A stretch of DNA of 51,074 nucleotides, the filler included, from Circinaria calcarea (taxonomy: Eukaryota): assembly GCA_051942165.1 (NCBI GenBank). It is 3 parts of 3 records of this genome, joined end to end, with 100 filler letters (N's around TTAATTAATTAA, not from the genome) between each part and the next. Parts side by side here need not be neighbours in the genome. Positions count along the whole stretch, not along the records: positions 17,090 to 34,052 come from JAVECS010000295.1; positions 34,153 to 51,074 come from JAVECS010000296.1; 1 more part is not named here. One strand, 5' to 3'. Positions within the stretch are counted from its first letter, which is position 1; each line of letters opens with the position of its first letter. The notes under the pieces were generated by a model. The model made no database searches. It was not told the DNA's origin and saw only the letters and a program-made list of their open reading frames with translations. A program made the position numbers and the translations under genes. Of the stretch, positions 28,173-39,759 are shown piece after piece.

Positions 28173-28676
28173 ATGACCAATATTAAGGTATACGGACTAG
28201 ATTACAGTCAAGCAACTATCAACAGATCCCATGGCAGTCTAATGGCTCAAATGCAGCAGCTAGAGAGAAAAACATTTCCTCGCAATGAAGCTCTGGACTT
28301 CGATTTGGAGTTGAAGAAGCGCAACACAGAGGTAATAGCAGTACTTGATAGCAATGCAAAAGTCGAATCCGAGCGGGAGGGTCATCTTGTGGGTTACGTT
28401 GTATGGGGTCGTCTCCAGAAAACCGCCTTGTTGCACAAGGTCTGCGTCGCGAAGCAGTATCGTCGACGTGGTATTGCCCGGAGAATGCTTAATATCATGA
28501 AAGACAGGTTGCGCAGAAATGGATGCGTCAGCATTCAGCTATGGGTTGGTGAGGCAAGAGTTCCAGCAACCTGTCTCTATCTATCCCTTGGCTTCAGTGA
28601 GGTTGACAGAGTCGAGGACTACTATTCCCCAGGAAGAACAGGCATTAAAATGAAGGTGGATCTACCAATTTCTTGA
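28173..28676 (+). CDS. GNAT family N-acetyltransferase (RimI-like); start could be 28122
   Basis: LHKVCVAKQYRRRGIARRML (acetyl-CoA motif A), IQLWV, ATCLYLSLGF, VEDYYSPGR. Confidence 0.85.
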   Translation: MTNIKVYGLDYSQATINRSHGSLMAQMQQLERKTFPRNEALDFDLELKKRNTEVIAVLDSNAKVESEREGHLVGYVVWGRLQKTALLHKVCVAKQYRRRGIARRMLNIMKDRLRRNGCVSIQLWVGEARVPATCLYLSLGFSEVDRVEDYYSPGRTGIKMKVDLPIS

Positions 28677-29036
28677 AAGAATGCCATTGTATAACTATAC
28701 ATTCCTTCAGCCCAATCACTCATTGTCTGCATTTCCTTGGAATGTTGCGGCTGGCCAGACTCCCTTGCAGGTTCTGCCCTTTCTTTTTATTCGAGCCTAG
28801 TTGATACCACAAGGCCGCCATCTCAAGGAATTTGATTGTACTCGCCTGGAGCTCCTTCATGACTTCGTCAATGGAAGGAATTCGAGACTTTTACTCGCTG
28901 TCACCAAGGCTTCGCTCTCACGACCGGTATCAAGACTTTTGTCCTTCTGTTGCTATTGTACAACTCCCAGTCACATCCTTCAAATTTACTGTTGACGATT
29001 TCTAGAGCAACTTGATCTCCAACAACTGAGAACAGC

Positions 29037-32021
29037 ATGGGATCTACCTTTACGGCCTTGCTGCTAGCTCTCGCCAATACAATCACAGCCTCACCTAGTA
29101 TATCGTTCCCGATTAACTCCCAAGTGCCTCCAGTTGCTCGAATCTCGAAACCGTTCCAATTTACCTTCTCCGCCTCGACCTTCACTTCGAGTACGCCAGT
29201 ATTACAATACTCGATCTCTGATTCTCCAGCATGGCTCCAGATAGATAGTGCAGGTCGAAGCCTCTTTGGAACTCCTAGTATCAAGGATGAAGGACCTGTC
29301 GTATTCCATCTCATTGCTACAGATGACACTGGAGCGGCTTCTTCACCGGTAACATTGATAGTATCGGCAGCCCAAGGGCCTGGTCTGGGGATCATAGCCT
29401 CGCAGCAGCTTCCTGCCTTTGGTACTTTTTCTGCACCAGAGAGTCTATTATTGTACCCTTCAGCGCCATTATCTCTTGCGTTCCGCCCAGATACATTTAT
29501 AAACATCGACAAAGAGACCGTATACTACGCGTTGTGTACTGATCATACTCCTCTACCGTCCTGGGTCAAATTCGACGCTAGCAGGCTTTCGTTTACCGGC
29601 ACTGCGCCAGACTTTACCTCCCCAACAGAACTACCTCAGTACTTTGGCATTGAGATCACAGCATCTGATGTAGATGGATTTTCGGGAGCAACCACATCTT
29701 TCCAGATCATTATCGAAAGTCATCAACTCGCTTTTGATCAAGAAATAGTGCCTTTGAACGTTTCCCCTGGTAAGCCCGTCAACTTCTCAGGCCTCCTAAA
29801 TAATCTCACGGTGGATGGGGTACCGGTTCGAAACACGGACATCAAGCAGGTTTTGGCAGAAACGCCGGAGTGGCTGTCGCTGGATACCCAAAGTCTCACG
29901 GTGTCTGGTACGCCGCCGGCTTCGGTAGTATCGCAGAACATTTCAATTCAAGTAATGGATGTCCATAGTAATACTGCCAATACTACTTTACTGATCTCCG
30001 TGAATACTTCGTCCAAACTATTCCAAAACACCATCGGAGTTTTGACGGCTACTATTGGATCCGACTTTAGCTACACAATCAACAGCTCAATTGTCACGGG
30101 ATCTGATATCCAAGTCAGCTTGGATCTTGGTAATACATCTTCCTGGCTAAGCTATGACTCTACAACGAGGACATTATATGGGAATGTCCCAACTGATTTA
30201 GATGCTCAGCAAGACCAGCTGATTATTACCGCCAGTCGAGGTTCTCAATCCGAGTCTCAGAGCTTCATGATTCTCTTACTACAAAGAATCAGCACTACTG
30301 AGATCGGTGCTACTAATGCTGTGACCCTTACCGCTACCACAATGCCTACTCCGAGTACTACTTCAACAACCCAACCTTTTTCCACAGGAGATAATGGAAG
30401 TGGCTCTCGGCGAGGAAGAATCGTGGCAGGGGTAATCATCTCAATATTAGCCATCTTAGGAATGGGACTCTTGTTATTGTGCTTGGCAAGAAGGAGACGT
30501 CAAAGAAATTCTAATGGGGGATATTTAGGCGCATCAAGGCGCCAGATCTCCCACCCTATTTTCCGAGACCGTTTTGCGGAACAGGATGATCATGCTGAAG
30601 TGTTGGAGAAGCCGACTTTGGGACACAAGCGGTTGCCCTCGAAACCACCGAAGATTGACATACACAACCTTGAAACGGTCGGTGAGAATCAGCAACAATC
30701 TCAAGCACGGCTGACGAGAGCGAGCAACGATGAGATGGACAAAGTACCTAAGCGTGACTCCTGGCAAAATGTACGCCGTTACCTGGGAATTCCACCAGTA
30801 ATGTCAGGTGCTCTCCGCCCTACGTCCAGGAATGGATCGGAATATTCATTTGCAGATGAAGGCGATAGCCCATTGCAAAAGCCAGACATCGTTTACAAAC
30901 CCAAAGGGTATCCTTCTTCAGTAAGAAGAGGTTCCAGAGTGATGGCGTCGTCATCAACCAAGGATTGCTCGTGCCAGAGCAGGCGGTACTCAGATACAAG
31001 TTTCGCGAGTCATAGTGCCACCTTTTCTAATCGTACCAGTGGGCTTGGCCACGGGAAAGGCGGTTTCGATCATCAAATTCCAGCATTACCAAACTTTGGA
31101 CATGTTGGTAGATCATGGAAGAATACATACTGGGATAACTGCACTAAGCATATGACAAGTCCTACTCCTGGACCACGCAGTGTAGGGTCAATTTTCCAAT
31201 CGTTTCCTCGCCCTCCTACATCTCATACTCTTGGTCGATCAGAAGTGATCCATGAGGACATCGATGCTTCACCGGAGCCAACCCGATCGACCATACGTCC
31301 CGTCAATTTTGTATCCGAACGCGAAAAGTTCTTCCACAAGCGTCGCTGTCGTAACCGATCGCGTAACCGGTCAAACCCACTGTTCTCAGCGGGACCTTCT
31401 TCACGCAAATCCACACAAATAGGATACGCACCATCAGCCACGAGTTCCCATATCGAATATTCCTTGGCGGAGCAAGAAAACAGCACCACCAACGCTACGT
31501 TCAAGCCTCTACCTCCGTCTAGTGCTTCCCCGTCTCTTCGTCCCAGCCCTCTGTTTTGCGAACCGAAGCCAAAGTCCCCTAGCAGGTTCGGCACACCGTT
31601 CAAATTATTACGGTTGCAGTCTAGCAAATCCAGCCTCGCCAGCCGGTTCGAATCTGCAAACGAAAGTGAAACGCCGAGTGAGTTTGGAAGCGAGGATTTA
31701 CTTGAAGAGAAAGAAGGAGACGAAGAAGTGGACGGGGGAAGAGGGAGGCTTGCTACAATTCCCAATCCCTTGAGGATGCATGGATCGGCAGAAGCTCGTA
31801 GCGGGGCTGCGGAAGATTTGGAGGGCAATGTGGACGCTCATGGCGTAGGCCAGGAAGGAGAGTCCAATGGGCCGAGAGGAGCGGATGCTGGTAGCAACAA
31901 GGAAATGAGAATGGTGCTTGGTGACAGAAGCAAGCGGCCGGTCAGTGTGGAAGCCGAAGGAGATTTGAGGAGAGGGAGGATGGTGGGTCAGAGCATGAAG
32001 GGAGATGTGGCGTTTCTCTGA
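29037..32021 (+). CDS. AXL2: Axial budding/polarity membrane protein Axl2/Bud10 (dystroglycan-type cadherin-like repeats)
   Basis: Signal peptide, FPINSQVPPVARI, repeated PxWLxFD/GTP units, single TM segment (IVAGVIISILAILGMGLLLLCLA-RRRR), ISHP motif, long S/P-rich cytoplasmic tail. Confidence 0.88.
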   Translation: MGSTFTALLLALANTITASPSISFPINSQVPPVARISKPFQFTFSASTFTSSTPVLQYSISDSPAWLQIDSAGRSLFGTPSIKDEGPVVFHLIATDDTGAASSPVTLIVSAAQGPGLGIIASQQLPAFGTFSAPESLLLYPSAPLSLAFRPDTFINIDKETVYYALCTDHTPLPSWVKFDASRLSFTGTAPDFTSPTELPQYFGIEITASDVDGFSGATTSFQIIIESHQLAFDQEIVPLNVSPGKPVNFSGLLNNLTVDGVPVRNTDIKQVLAETPEWLSLDTQSLTVSGTPPASVVSQNISIQVMDVHSNTANTTLLISVNTSSKLFQNTIGVLTATIGSDFSYTINSSIVTGSDIQVSLDLGNTSSWLSYDSTTRTLYGNVPTDLDAQQDQLIITASRGSQSESQSFMILLLQRISTTEIGATNAVTLTATTMPTPSTTSTTQPFSTGDNGSGSRRGRIVAGVIISILAILGMGLLLLCLARRRRQRNSNGGYLGASRRQISHPIFRDRFAEQDDHAEVLEKPTLGHKRLPSKPPKIDIHNLETVGENQQQSQARLTRASNDEMDKVPKRDSWQNVRRYLGIPPVMSGALRPTSRNGSEYSFADEGDSPLQKPDIVYKPKGYPSSVRRGSRVMASSSTKDCSCQSRRYSDTSFASHSATFSNRTSGLGHGKGGFDHQIPALPNFGHVGRSWKNTYWDNCTKHMTSPTPGPRSVGSIFQSFPRPPTSHTLGRSEVIHEDIDASPEPTRSTIRPVNFVSEREKFFHKRRCRNRSRNRSNPLFSAGPSSRKSTQIGYAPSATSSHIEYSLAEQENSTTNATFKPLPPSSASPSLRPSPLFCEPKPKSPSRFGTPFKLLRLQSSKSSLASRFESANESETPSEFGSEDLLEEKEGDEEVDGGRGRLATIPNPLRMHGSAEARSGAAEDLEGNVDAHGVGQEGESNGPRGADAGSNKEMRMVLGDRSKRPVSVEAEGDLRRGRMVGQSMKGDVAFL

Positions 32022-32254
32022 TCCTGGTTCCCTTTGAATATATTCGGTGCAAGAAGGCTTTGGATGCCCAGAAGGTTGAAGCATTCCTACCGAAAGGGTA
32101 TCCATTAGGAGGTTGCTCTGCAACTTTTGACGCTTAGATTTTATTTACATCAATGGATATATGACACATGGAAAAAGCAACGCTGGTCGCTCACAGATGA
32201 TCCTATTCCACCTCCATTCTATGTGTGATACACCCTTCCCACCAAAAGAACACT

Positions 32255-33232
32255 TCACCAATCCAAAGCCTGATCCTTGCGGGCTTCCTTCTTGCCCTCT
32301 CTCGTCCAATCGTAAACCCCCCCTCTCACTTCAAAACTCTCCTCATCCCACAATACCCCTTCCAACGCCCTCTCCACCCCCACCTCCAGAATCGACCCCG
32401 TCGGTTCCCCGGTCCCCTTGTTCAAAAAGCGCATGTACTCGTCCAGGATCAGGTAGGAACTGCGCATCACCCGATTGGACTCGGGCACGAAGCATTCGAG
32501 GTGGGCATGGCGGTCGCAGAAGCGCTGGAACTCGGCGTCAGTAATGGCGAAGCGGGTGGCGTCGCGCTTGGTCGCCGAGGAATCGTTTTCGCCCGCGACG
32601 AGGAGCACCTGGAAGCATTTCCAACGGAAGGGCGCCACGTTGCGGATTGGGGCCGTCATGTCCTCGGCGACGTTGAGCCGGTTGACGACGGTGTTGACTT
32701 TGAACCGGATGCCGTGAGTGCGGCAGAGGGCGGCGAGGACCCGAAAGCGATCGAGGTGCGCTCCTGTGCCGCGGCCAATGGCGACGTTGGTGGCTTCGTC
32801 AAAGGAGTCGCACGACACGGCCATGATGTCGATGTACCTGCCAAAGTCGGCCAACTGGGCCTGGGTGACTTTACTGCCGTTGGTGACGACTGAGACCGAC
32901 TCGAGCCCGAGGTCGTCTTTGCAGTAGCGGGCTAGGGCGCCGAGGAATTTGGGGTACAGGAAGGGTTCGCCGCCGGCGAAGTTGATCTTCTTCATGCCGG
33001 CTTGCTGGAGGAGGGCGAGACCTCGCTTGGCTTGGGCCAGGGGGGCGATGTACGAGGTCGTTTCGGTGTGGAAGCAAAAGCCACAGGAGTAGTTGCATTT
33101 GCGGGTGAAGTGGTAGTTGACCGAGATGGGTATCTTGCCTTTCGGTTTCGGAGCGGGCGAACGTCTTCTTCTCCAGGAGAGGAAGGCGGTGACGAGTGCA
33201 GCAAGGCAGATGGAGAGGAGTGCCAAATACAT
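32255..33232 (-). CDS. RSAD2: Viperin/RSAD2-like radical SAM ddhNTP synthase, intronless
   Basis: ISVNYHFTRKCNYSCGFCFHT (CxxxCxxC), GMKKINFAGGEPFL, SVVTNGS, AVSCDSFDE, FKVNTVV, RWKCFQ, ESNRVMRSSYLILDEYMRFL, RGGVYDW and terminal LDW. Confidence 0.96.
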   Translation of the reverse strand: MYLALLSICLAALVTAFLSWRRRRSPAPKPKGKIPISVNYHFTRKCNYSCGFCFHTETTSYIAPLAQAKRGLALLQQAGMKKINFAGGEPFLYPKFLGALARYCKDDLGLESVSVVTNGSKVTQAQLADFGRYIDIMAVSCDSFDEATNVAIGRGTGAHLDRFRVLAALCRTHGIRFKVNTVVNRLNVAEDMTAPIRNVAPFRWKCFQVLLVAGENDSSATKRDATRFAITDAEFQRFCDRHAHLECFVPESNRVMRSSYLILDEYMRFLNKGTGEPTGSILEVGVERALEGVLWDEESFEVRGGVYDWTREGKKEARKDQALDW

Positions 33233-33789
33233 TTTTGAGTTGGGACTACAGTTTTAGATGCCGTATGGTATCAGTGTCTTTATGCTCAGAACATTCAACT
33301 TCGTATGGCAGATGAGAGTGGAGGCATACTCCCGCTTTAAATAGAAAAGTAGTATAACATGTATAGCATCGTTCTCGAAATCCGAAGAACGGAGGGCATA
33401 AAGGACAAGGCTAGGTTTGAGATGCGAAATAGCTTCGAATGGAATGGAGACAACTAAAAAAAGGGGAAGAAGATTGAAAAGATCCCCTCGTGCAGGTAGT
33501 AGAAGCGCTTGGGAGACTCCACGAGCAGTACATCGAAACGGAAGCTGGTGGAAAATACTTCTGATTCATATTCTGTATACTCGAACAATCTGGTAGGTTG
33601 CACAATACACTTGATACGTAGAACAGATTCACTTTCTTTCTTGTTCTCCGTGGTCTTAGACTTGTAGATATATCATAAAACGTCTTGCTATCCCACAATT
33701 ATTATTAGCTCTTCCCAAGACCTTATTGAGAAATAAGTTGAGCACATCCTTCCAATAGTCCGTACAATCCACCTCAAAGGGACTAAGAG

Positions 33790-34052
<263 letters not shown>

Positions 34053-34152
34053 NNNNNNNNNNNNNNNNNNNNNNNNNNNNNNNNNNNNNNNNNNNNTTAA
34101 TTAATTAANNNNNNNNNNNNNNNNNNNNNNNNNNNNNNNNNNNNNNNNNNNN
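34053..34152. other. Artificial contig-joining spacer (N44-TTAATTAATTAA-N44)
   Basis: Same 100-nt linker as at 16990. Confidence 0.97.
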
Positions 34153-34515
34153 GGAAAAAGGGTGGGGATTATGAGGTTTTTTTTCTTTTACAGATCCCAG
34201 CCTCGGATCCAAAAACTGAAAGAACAATACTTCCACCGCAAAAGGACACGCAATGATAAAACGTTTAGAATTCCTGGTTTATTGCCTATCTTACAAGCCG
34301 GCCCCTCTCTCCCATTCCCTCACCTTCCCTTTCCTCCTATCCATCAATACACACACCTATGCATACAACCGTTCCCCTTCCGCCTACGGCTATCCTTTCC
34401 ACGCCTTTATCCTCAACCCTCGCTGTATGCCAATCCTATATAGATATCTTACAGATCGCCTTGCGTTCCAACTTGCCCCCGTGCCCGAACCCCCTTTCCC
34501 TTTTCGAATGTTCCC

Positions 34516-37500
34516 TCACTCCCCATCCTCATCCTCGAGCGCGCTCCGAACTCTCGCCTCTCGGACCCCAACTCTCCCTCTCCCGCGCGCCTCTTTCTCC
34601 TCGGTTCTCTCTTCGTTCTCCTCCTCCTCGCTACTCCCACTGCTACTGCTTTCACCATGCTGAAACAGTTCGCTCATCTTCGCGCTGACTCCTCTACCGA
34701 CAGCATTCATATTCCCCTCCTCTCCGGTTCCTTGCGTTGCAGGACCAGCGGTCGTAACAGAAGCAGGTGCGCGCAAGGGTGTAGGACTTAGCGCCATGGT
34801 AATCGGGACATCATGTCCTTCTTCGCCCTCTGCCTCTGCTGGTCCTCCCTCAATGCCGAGATCTCGAGGGTGGAAGTCATCAGGGTAGATCTCACTGAGA
34901 GCCTGTACGCTCAATCCATCCGCTGCTCCGATATTCCCGGTAATCTCCGAGAGATCTCCAAACGGCGTTTCGGATTTGTGGCCTTCGATCGCTGCCTCCA
35001 CGATAACTTTCTCCTCCTGCGTCTGTGTCGGGGTTTGGAACTGTAAAGGAATTGCGCACGCGGCGGTAGAAGCGTCCAGGTGGGAGGGATTCATGTCTTG
35101 ATCGTTGGGGGAGGGTTGCGGGGAGGTGAAGGGTGAGGTGCCTTTTCCATGAGCGGCAAGGCGTGCGGCGAATTGTCGACGGGCACGTGACGGGGGAATG
35201 TTGAGAGGTGGAGGTAGAGGAGGATCATCGGTGGAGGAACTTGCTATGTTCCCGGCTGTGGTAGAGGCAAGGTTGTCTAGAGGAGGTGAGAATATGGAGA
35301 GCGCTGAGAGGGAGGAAGGCGAATAAGTCGGATACTATTGATTGATATGTTAGCTTATATGCTTATATGGGACATGGCTGAATCGAGACATCGGTGGTTA
35401 ATGCAAACCGCTAAGGAGGGTAGGATCCAGTCAAAAATAAAAGAAAGGCAATTGAGGTGAAAAGGATTCTTCCTGCGATCGCCAAAGCGGATAGAGTTGA
35501 TAGATAGCTGCTGGTTTATATTCCAAAGGCATCGGCGACGGGTCGGAGTGCGCAAACCTTTCGACGTGTCGCAGACTCATCGCTAGGTCAAGAGTTACGC
35601 CACCCACACCCATGCTTCGCCAGTGATACAGCTAATGGTATCGGCAGTGGTGAATAAATCGCAAAGAAAGCTAAGAAAATAAGAACAGTGTGGATAGCAA
35701 GAGATAAATAAGAAGCAGGCTTGCTATTTTACTGTTCTTGCCAGTGGGCGAACATATGAACCAAGTTATCCAGATCTGTCATGCCAGCCTCGCGATAATC
35801 ATAATGTAAATGGGTCATCCATACTTGATCCGAAGTGCCTTCTGCGCCATCCTCATGCTCCCCAACCTCTTCCATTTCTTCGTCATCTTCGTCACTCGAG
35901 CTACCAAAACCGCTCAGCAGAGAGGCTCCGCTGAGACCAAAGTTGCCACCGGAAGTAGCACTGTTGTTCGCAAGGTCCATCGAGTCCAGCCCGGTAGATC
36001 CACCGTTGAGGCCGACATTAGCGAGAGTCGATGAGCCACCGTGGTTGAAGCTGTGAGCAGCGTTAACAGCATTCAAAACTGCTTGTCTTGAACCGATCGC
36101 TATATCAGGTCTGATACCACCTAGGATGGCAGCGTCTCGTTCCCTTGTCTCCGACAATGAATTTTCAACGTAATCATTCCACATCTTACTTGATACTTTG
36201 TCGAGGACTTCCTGTGATAGGACCTCTGCCGTGTGTCGCTCGGTAAACTTGACTACCTCTTCTGCAATTAGCGTTAGGTGCCCCATGTACCCCAGTCTCA
36301 TATTATTGTAGGCTTGAGCCTCATCACTTTGTAATTGGCCTTGTATTATTCGTTCAGTAATCCCGCCAGAAAGGAAAAGGTCAATAGCGAGTGATCGATT
36401 GTACCCTTTGTCCATTGGTCCATTGAAAACTTGCTGTACAACGTCGTATACTACATTATGTAGAAAGTTGTTCCACGGAAAGCGGAAGAAGAAATCCTAA
36501 CAGTATCCTTGTTAGTATAAAAATGAGATGACCACGGTAAAATTTTAAAGCTCACCAGGATTGTAGGAACTACCTGATGCTCAACAAACATCATCTTGAG
36601 ATAGTCACCTACGATAGGCTGGCCGTCTATATCATTTTCAACTTGCGATGAAAAACTTGGATCGTTACCGCCCAAGAGGACCGATCGTGTGCTATCGCCT
36701 TCCTCACCTAAAGTAGTGTCTATCGTGTCTTGACTACTACCACTAGCAAGGCCAAGCTCAGACGGATGATGCGTTGTATCTCCTTTGTCATGAGAAGGCG
36801 GATCCGATCTATTAGCGAAGAGTGGCGGTGGTTTGTCATCTGGGTGTGGAGACAGACCCCGTGGACTACTAGGTTCTACTGTATCGGCATCGCTACTTGT
36901 ATTCCGGTCTCGATGTGGTAGAGGAGGCGCGTCCGAAGTTGATGGCTGCAGTGGTACAGATTGAGACGTTGAGCTGGGTGAATCATCTAGTGCAGCCTGT
37001 TCACTGGCCATTCGAGGCGTGATGTTAGTCATATCGGTATCATGATTGGCGTTGGGTTTGTGGACAGTGGCGGTAAGATCAGATGTGAACGATGTAGGGT
37101 TAGCTTCAGGGTAGTCAAGCGACTCTGGCTGCTCCAGCAGTTCGGTCTCCTTTTCATCGATGGCCTCAAGTCGCGGAGAAGTAAGTGGCTCATCGAAGAA
37201 CTCCTCGTCAAGGTCCAATCGTGGTTTTGTAGGCTTGCGTGGACTGCCCGCGTCTACGACATTAGACTCAAGTTCGAATGGACTCTCCTCGTGGCGATCG
37301 TCTTTGATATCTTCAGCTAGATCTGCGGAGGCGCCAACATCCTCGAATCCATCGTCTTCCGCACTATTTCCCATTTCTTGGTTCCGTGTTTCAGGTGAGC
37401 GACAATCCGGCCCTCCAGGGGAGTGCCCATTATGAAAAGTGGCACTGCCTTCAGAAAAGTCAGTGACGGCGGACTGAGGTTCTCTCACAGGCGGGAGTGT

Positions 37501-38880
37501 CCCTTCAGCCTTTAATCTCTCTCTCTCTTGGTCCCGCTGGCGTACGAAAGCTTCGCTGCCTTTCTCATTCAGCAAACCCATATTACTGCAGTGAAGGAGT
37601 TCTGCCATTAATTCGCAAGTCTTAAAACGATCAAAGCCTAATGGCTCAATTGAGCCGCCTGAAGCTACTTTGAGTTCTTTCCGTTTGATGGTTATCGTAC
37701 TATCCCCGCTGGTGACCGTATGGTTCGGGCTCAGGATCAACTCTGTGAAATCTGGCACATGTTTCGCAAATAACCGCAACAGGGTACCTAGATATATGGG
37801 ATCGTTGCTAGAAGGTGGAGAGTCCTGTGCCGCTCCCACGTCGGGGTCATAATCCGAGTTGTTTTTGCGAATTACCTCGATAACGATTCCAACTCCAACA
37901 GTCAGTGGGTTTCCTCCACGGAGCATGTTCGCGATGAGTGACTCTATGCAAGCATCCGAGACCAGTTGCCTAGTGAGGCTGTTCGGGCCAATGCAAGACT
38001 GTTCATTTTGAGAAGCATTTGCGGAAATGGTAATGATCGCTTTGATGAAATCACCAGCTGCGGTTTGGGTGAACGAGGGATACTCTTTCCCGAGATACGT
38101 AAGGAGTATAGGCATCAAATTTTGACTTTGCAGCCACTGCTTTCGATGTTAGCGCAACTTCTCTAATGAAAGCAGTGAGCAGCCTACGTCTACAATCCCT
38201 TGACCACCTTCTATTTTTTCCATACTAATGATTTTGAGGAGCAAATCCATGATCATGGGGGAGTCCACATGTTTGACTATCGCAGGAATCATCCCGTCCA
38301 GCGTCTTGATAAAATCCAGAGTCTCTTCAAGCTTTTTTTCCAACAAAGTCTCATTAATCTTCGCAAAATAGCTTGCCGCGACCGGATCCAAAGGAGGCTC
38401 GGATTTCAAGAAGTCCCAAAACTTCCGTAAATGCTGTTGATTCTCCATAAGTGCCTCCAAAATAGACCACGTCTCTGAAGAGAGAACTTCGCAGGCAACG
38501 TATGCGTACTTTTGCCTTGCCTTGTCTGCCTTGTCCCGCTCCTCGCGTTCCTCTTGCCGTTTTGACTTCTCTTTTTGCTCTTTTGTCCTTCCCATACTGA
38601 GACTCCGTACCGGACTAAATGTCTTCTTTTTCATCGGCTCGGGCTCCTCCTCTTCATCTTCCTCGTCTCCGGGCTGCAGAAGCGACGGAGCAACAACATA
38701 TTCGAGAAGCCTTCGAAGGACGTTCTCGTCTCTTAAGTATTCTATTAGTTTCGAGTTGTGTTGCTTGAGTTCTTGTATGAGATCCGCTTCGTCTAGGAGC
38801 TCTTCGAGGGTGACATCGGGTTTGTCAAGCATGGTATCAATGGAAGAGATGTTTGCATAGCCGCCGAATCGCCAAAACAT
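34516..38880 (-). CDS. SIT4 phosphatase-associated protein (SAPS family, Sap190/Sap185/Ekc1), multi-exon
   Basis: MFWRFGGYANISSIDTMLDKPDVTLEELLDE, IGPNSLTRQLVS, IVIEVIRKNNSDYD, PLGFDRFKTCELMAELLHCSNM, FPWNNFLHNVVYDVVQQ, RLGYMGHLTLIAEEVVKF. Last exon contains PPPLNIPPSRARRQ. Confidence 0.92.
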
Positions 38881-39759
38881 CTTGTTCCGGGTGAATGTGG
38901 TATAGGACACGGACGGGTTAGAAAATACAAGCCGAGTCTGCTCTCGCAAGAGATTTTATCGAGACACCGGTGGTGAATGTATATAGATTGTACCAAGTTT
39001 GACAGTCCGGTCCTCTCCAGCGGGCCCCTAGTTCAGTCTTCCCTCTAGTCTTAGAATCGGAACTGCATCAATTGACCGTGTAGGCGTGCGAGAGTGGAGG
39101 GGTTGTCATGAAGATTTGTCACCAGAAGATCGGTTATTCAAGGCTCGCAGCTCTCGGATACCAGGCGCAGAGCAATAGGATCGTATTGTAAAGATCGGAC
39201 GGCCACCGGGCGTCATTCAAGCCCAAGAGTTGGCGTTCAAGGTGCTAGGAGCTCTTCGGATACTGGAGTGTATGGTAGCTCGGGTGTTTCAAGTCTCACG
39301 TATGCCATGTGCGTGCCCGGTAGTATATCGGTGTTCCACGATGTACGCTAAGCGCCGGCGCCGGCGCCTGGTCTGGAGGCCGCCCTCACACAGAAGTGAG
39401 AATTCTTTACGGAATGGAGTTTAAGGTAGGATGGATTCTAACAAATGCTCTTGTATTTTACGTCGAAGGCCCTGAATGATTGTTTGAGTATGGAAGACGA
39501 TTGAGGACAGGGGCATTGCTCGGTCGGGGCTACCCCTTGTTCGTCGCAAATTCCCCTTTCCCTTGGATTCTGCTCAGGCACGATCCGCAAACATCCTCCC
39601 TACCACATGCGCTTCCAGACGATCCAAGGCGGGTTGAAGGGATCCGGAACGGTGACTCGAGTTACTCTATCATGTCCCGTCTACTTGCAACTCCTTCTAT
39701 TCCTGTCCTAAGGAGAGATTCCGGAATAGGTACGTATCCTTGTGCCTACACGCGTGGGC

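Noticed and set aside
32255..33232. Horizontal transfer of viperin suggested by high GC and no introns
   Set aside because: Native genes here (msrB, RPS23, VPS60) show similar GC-rich coding and AXL2 is also intronless. The protein has eukaryotic-type termini. A phylogeny is needed.
32161..33238. Long antisense/overlapping ORFs over viperin, and similar ones over Zds1, msrB, AXL2 and VPS60
   Set aside because: Shadow ORFs from GC-rich codon usage, with no recognisable motifs.
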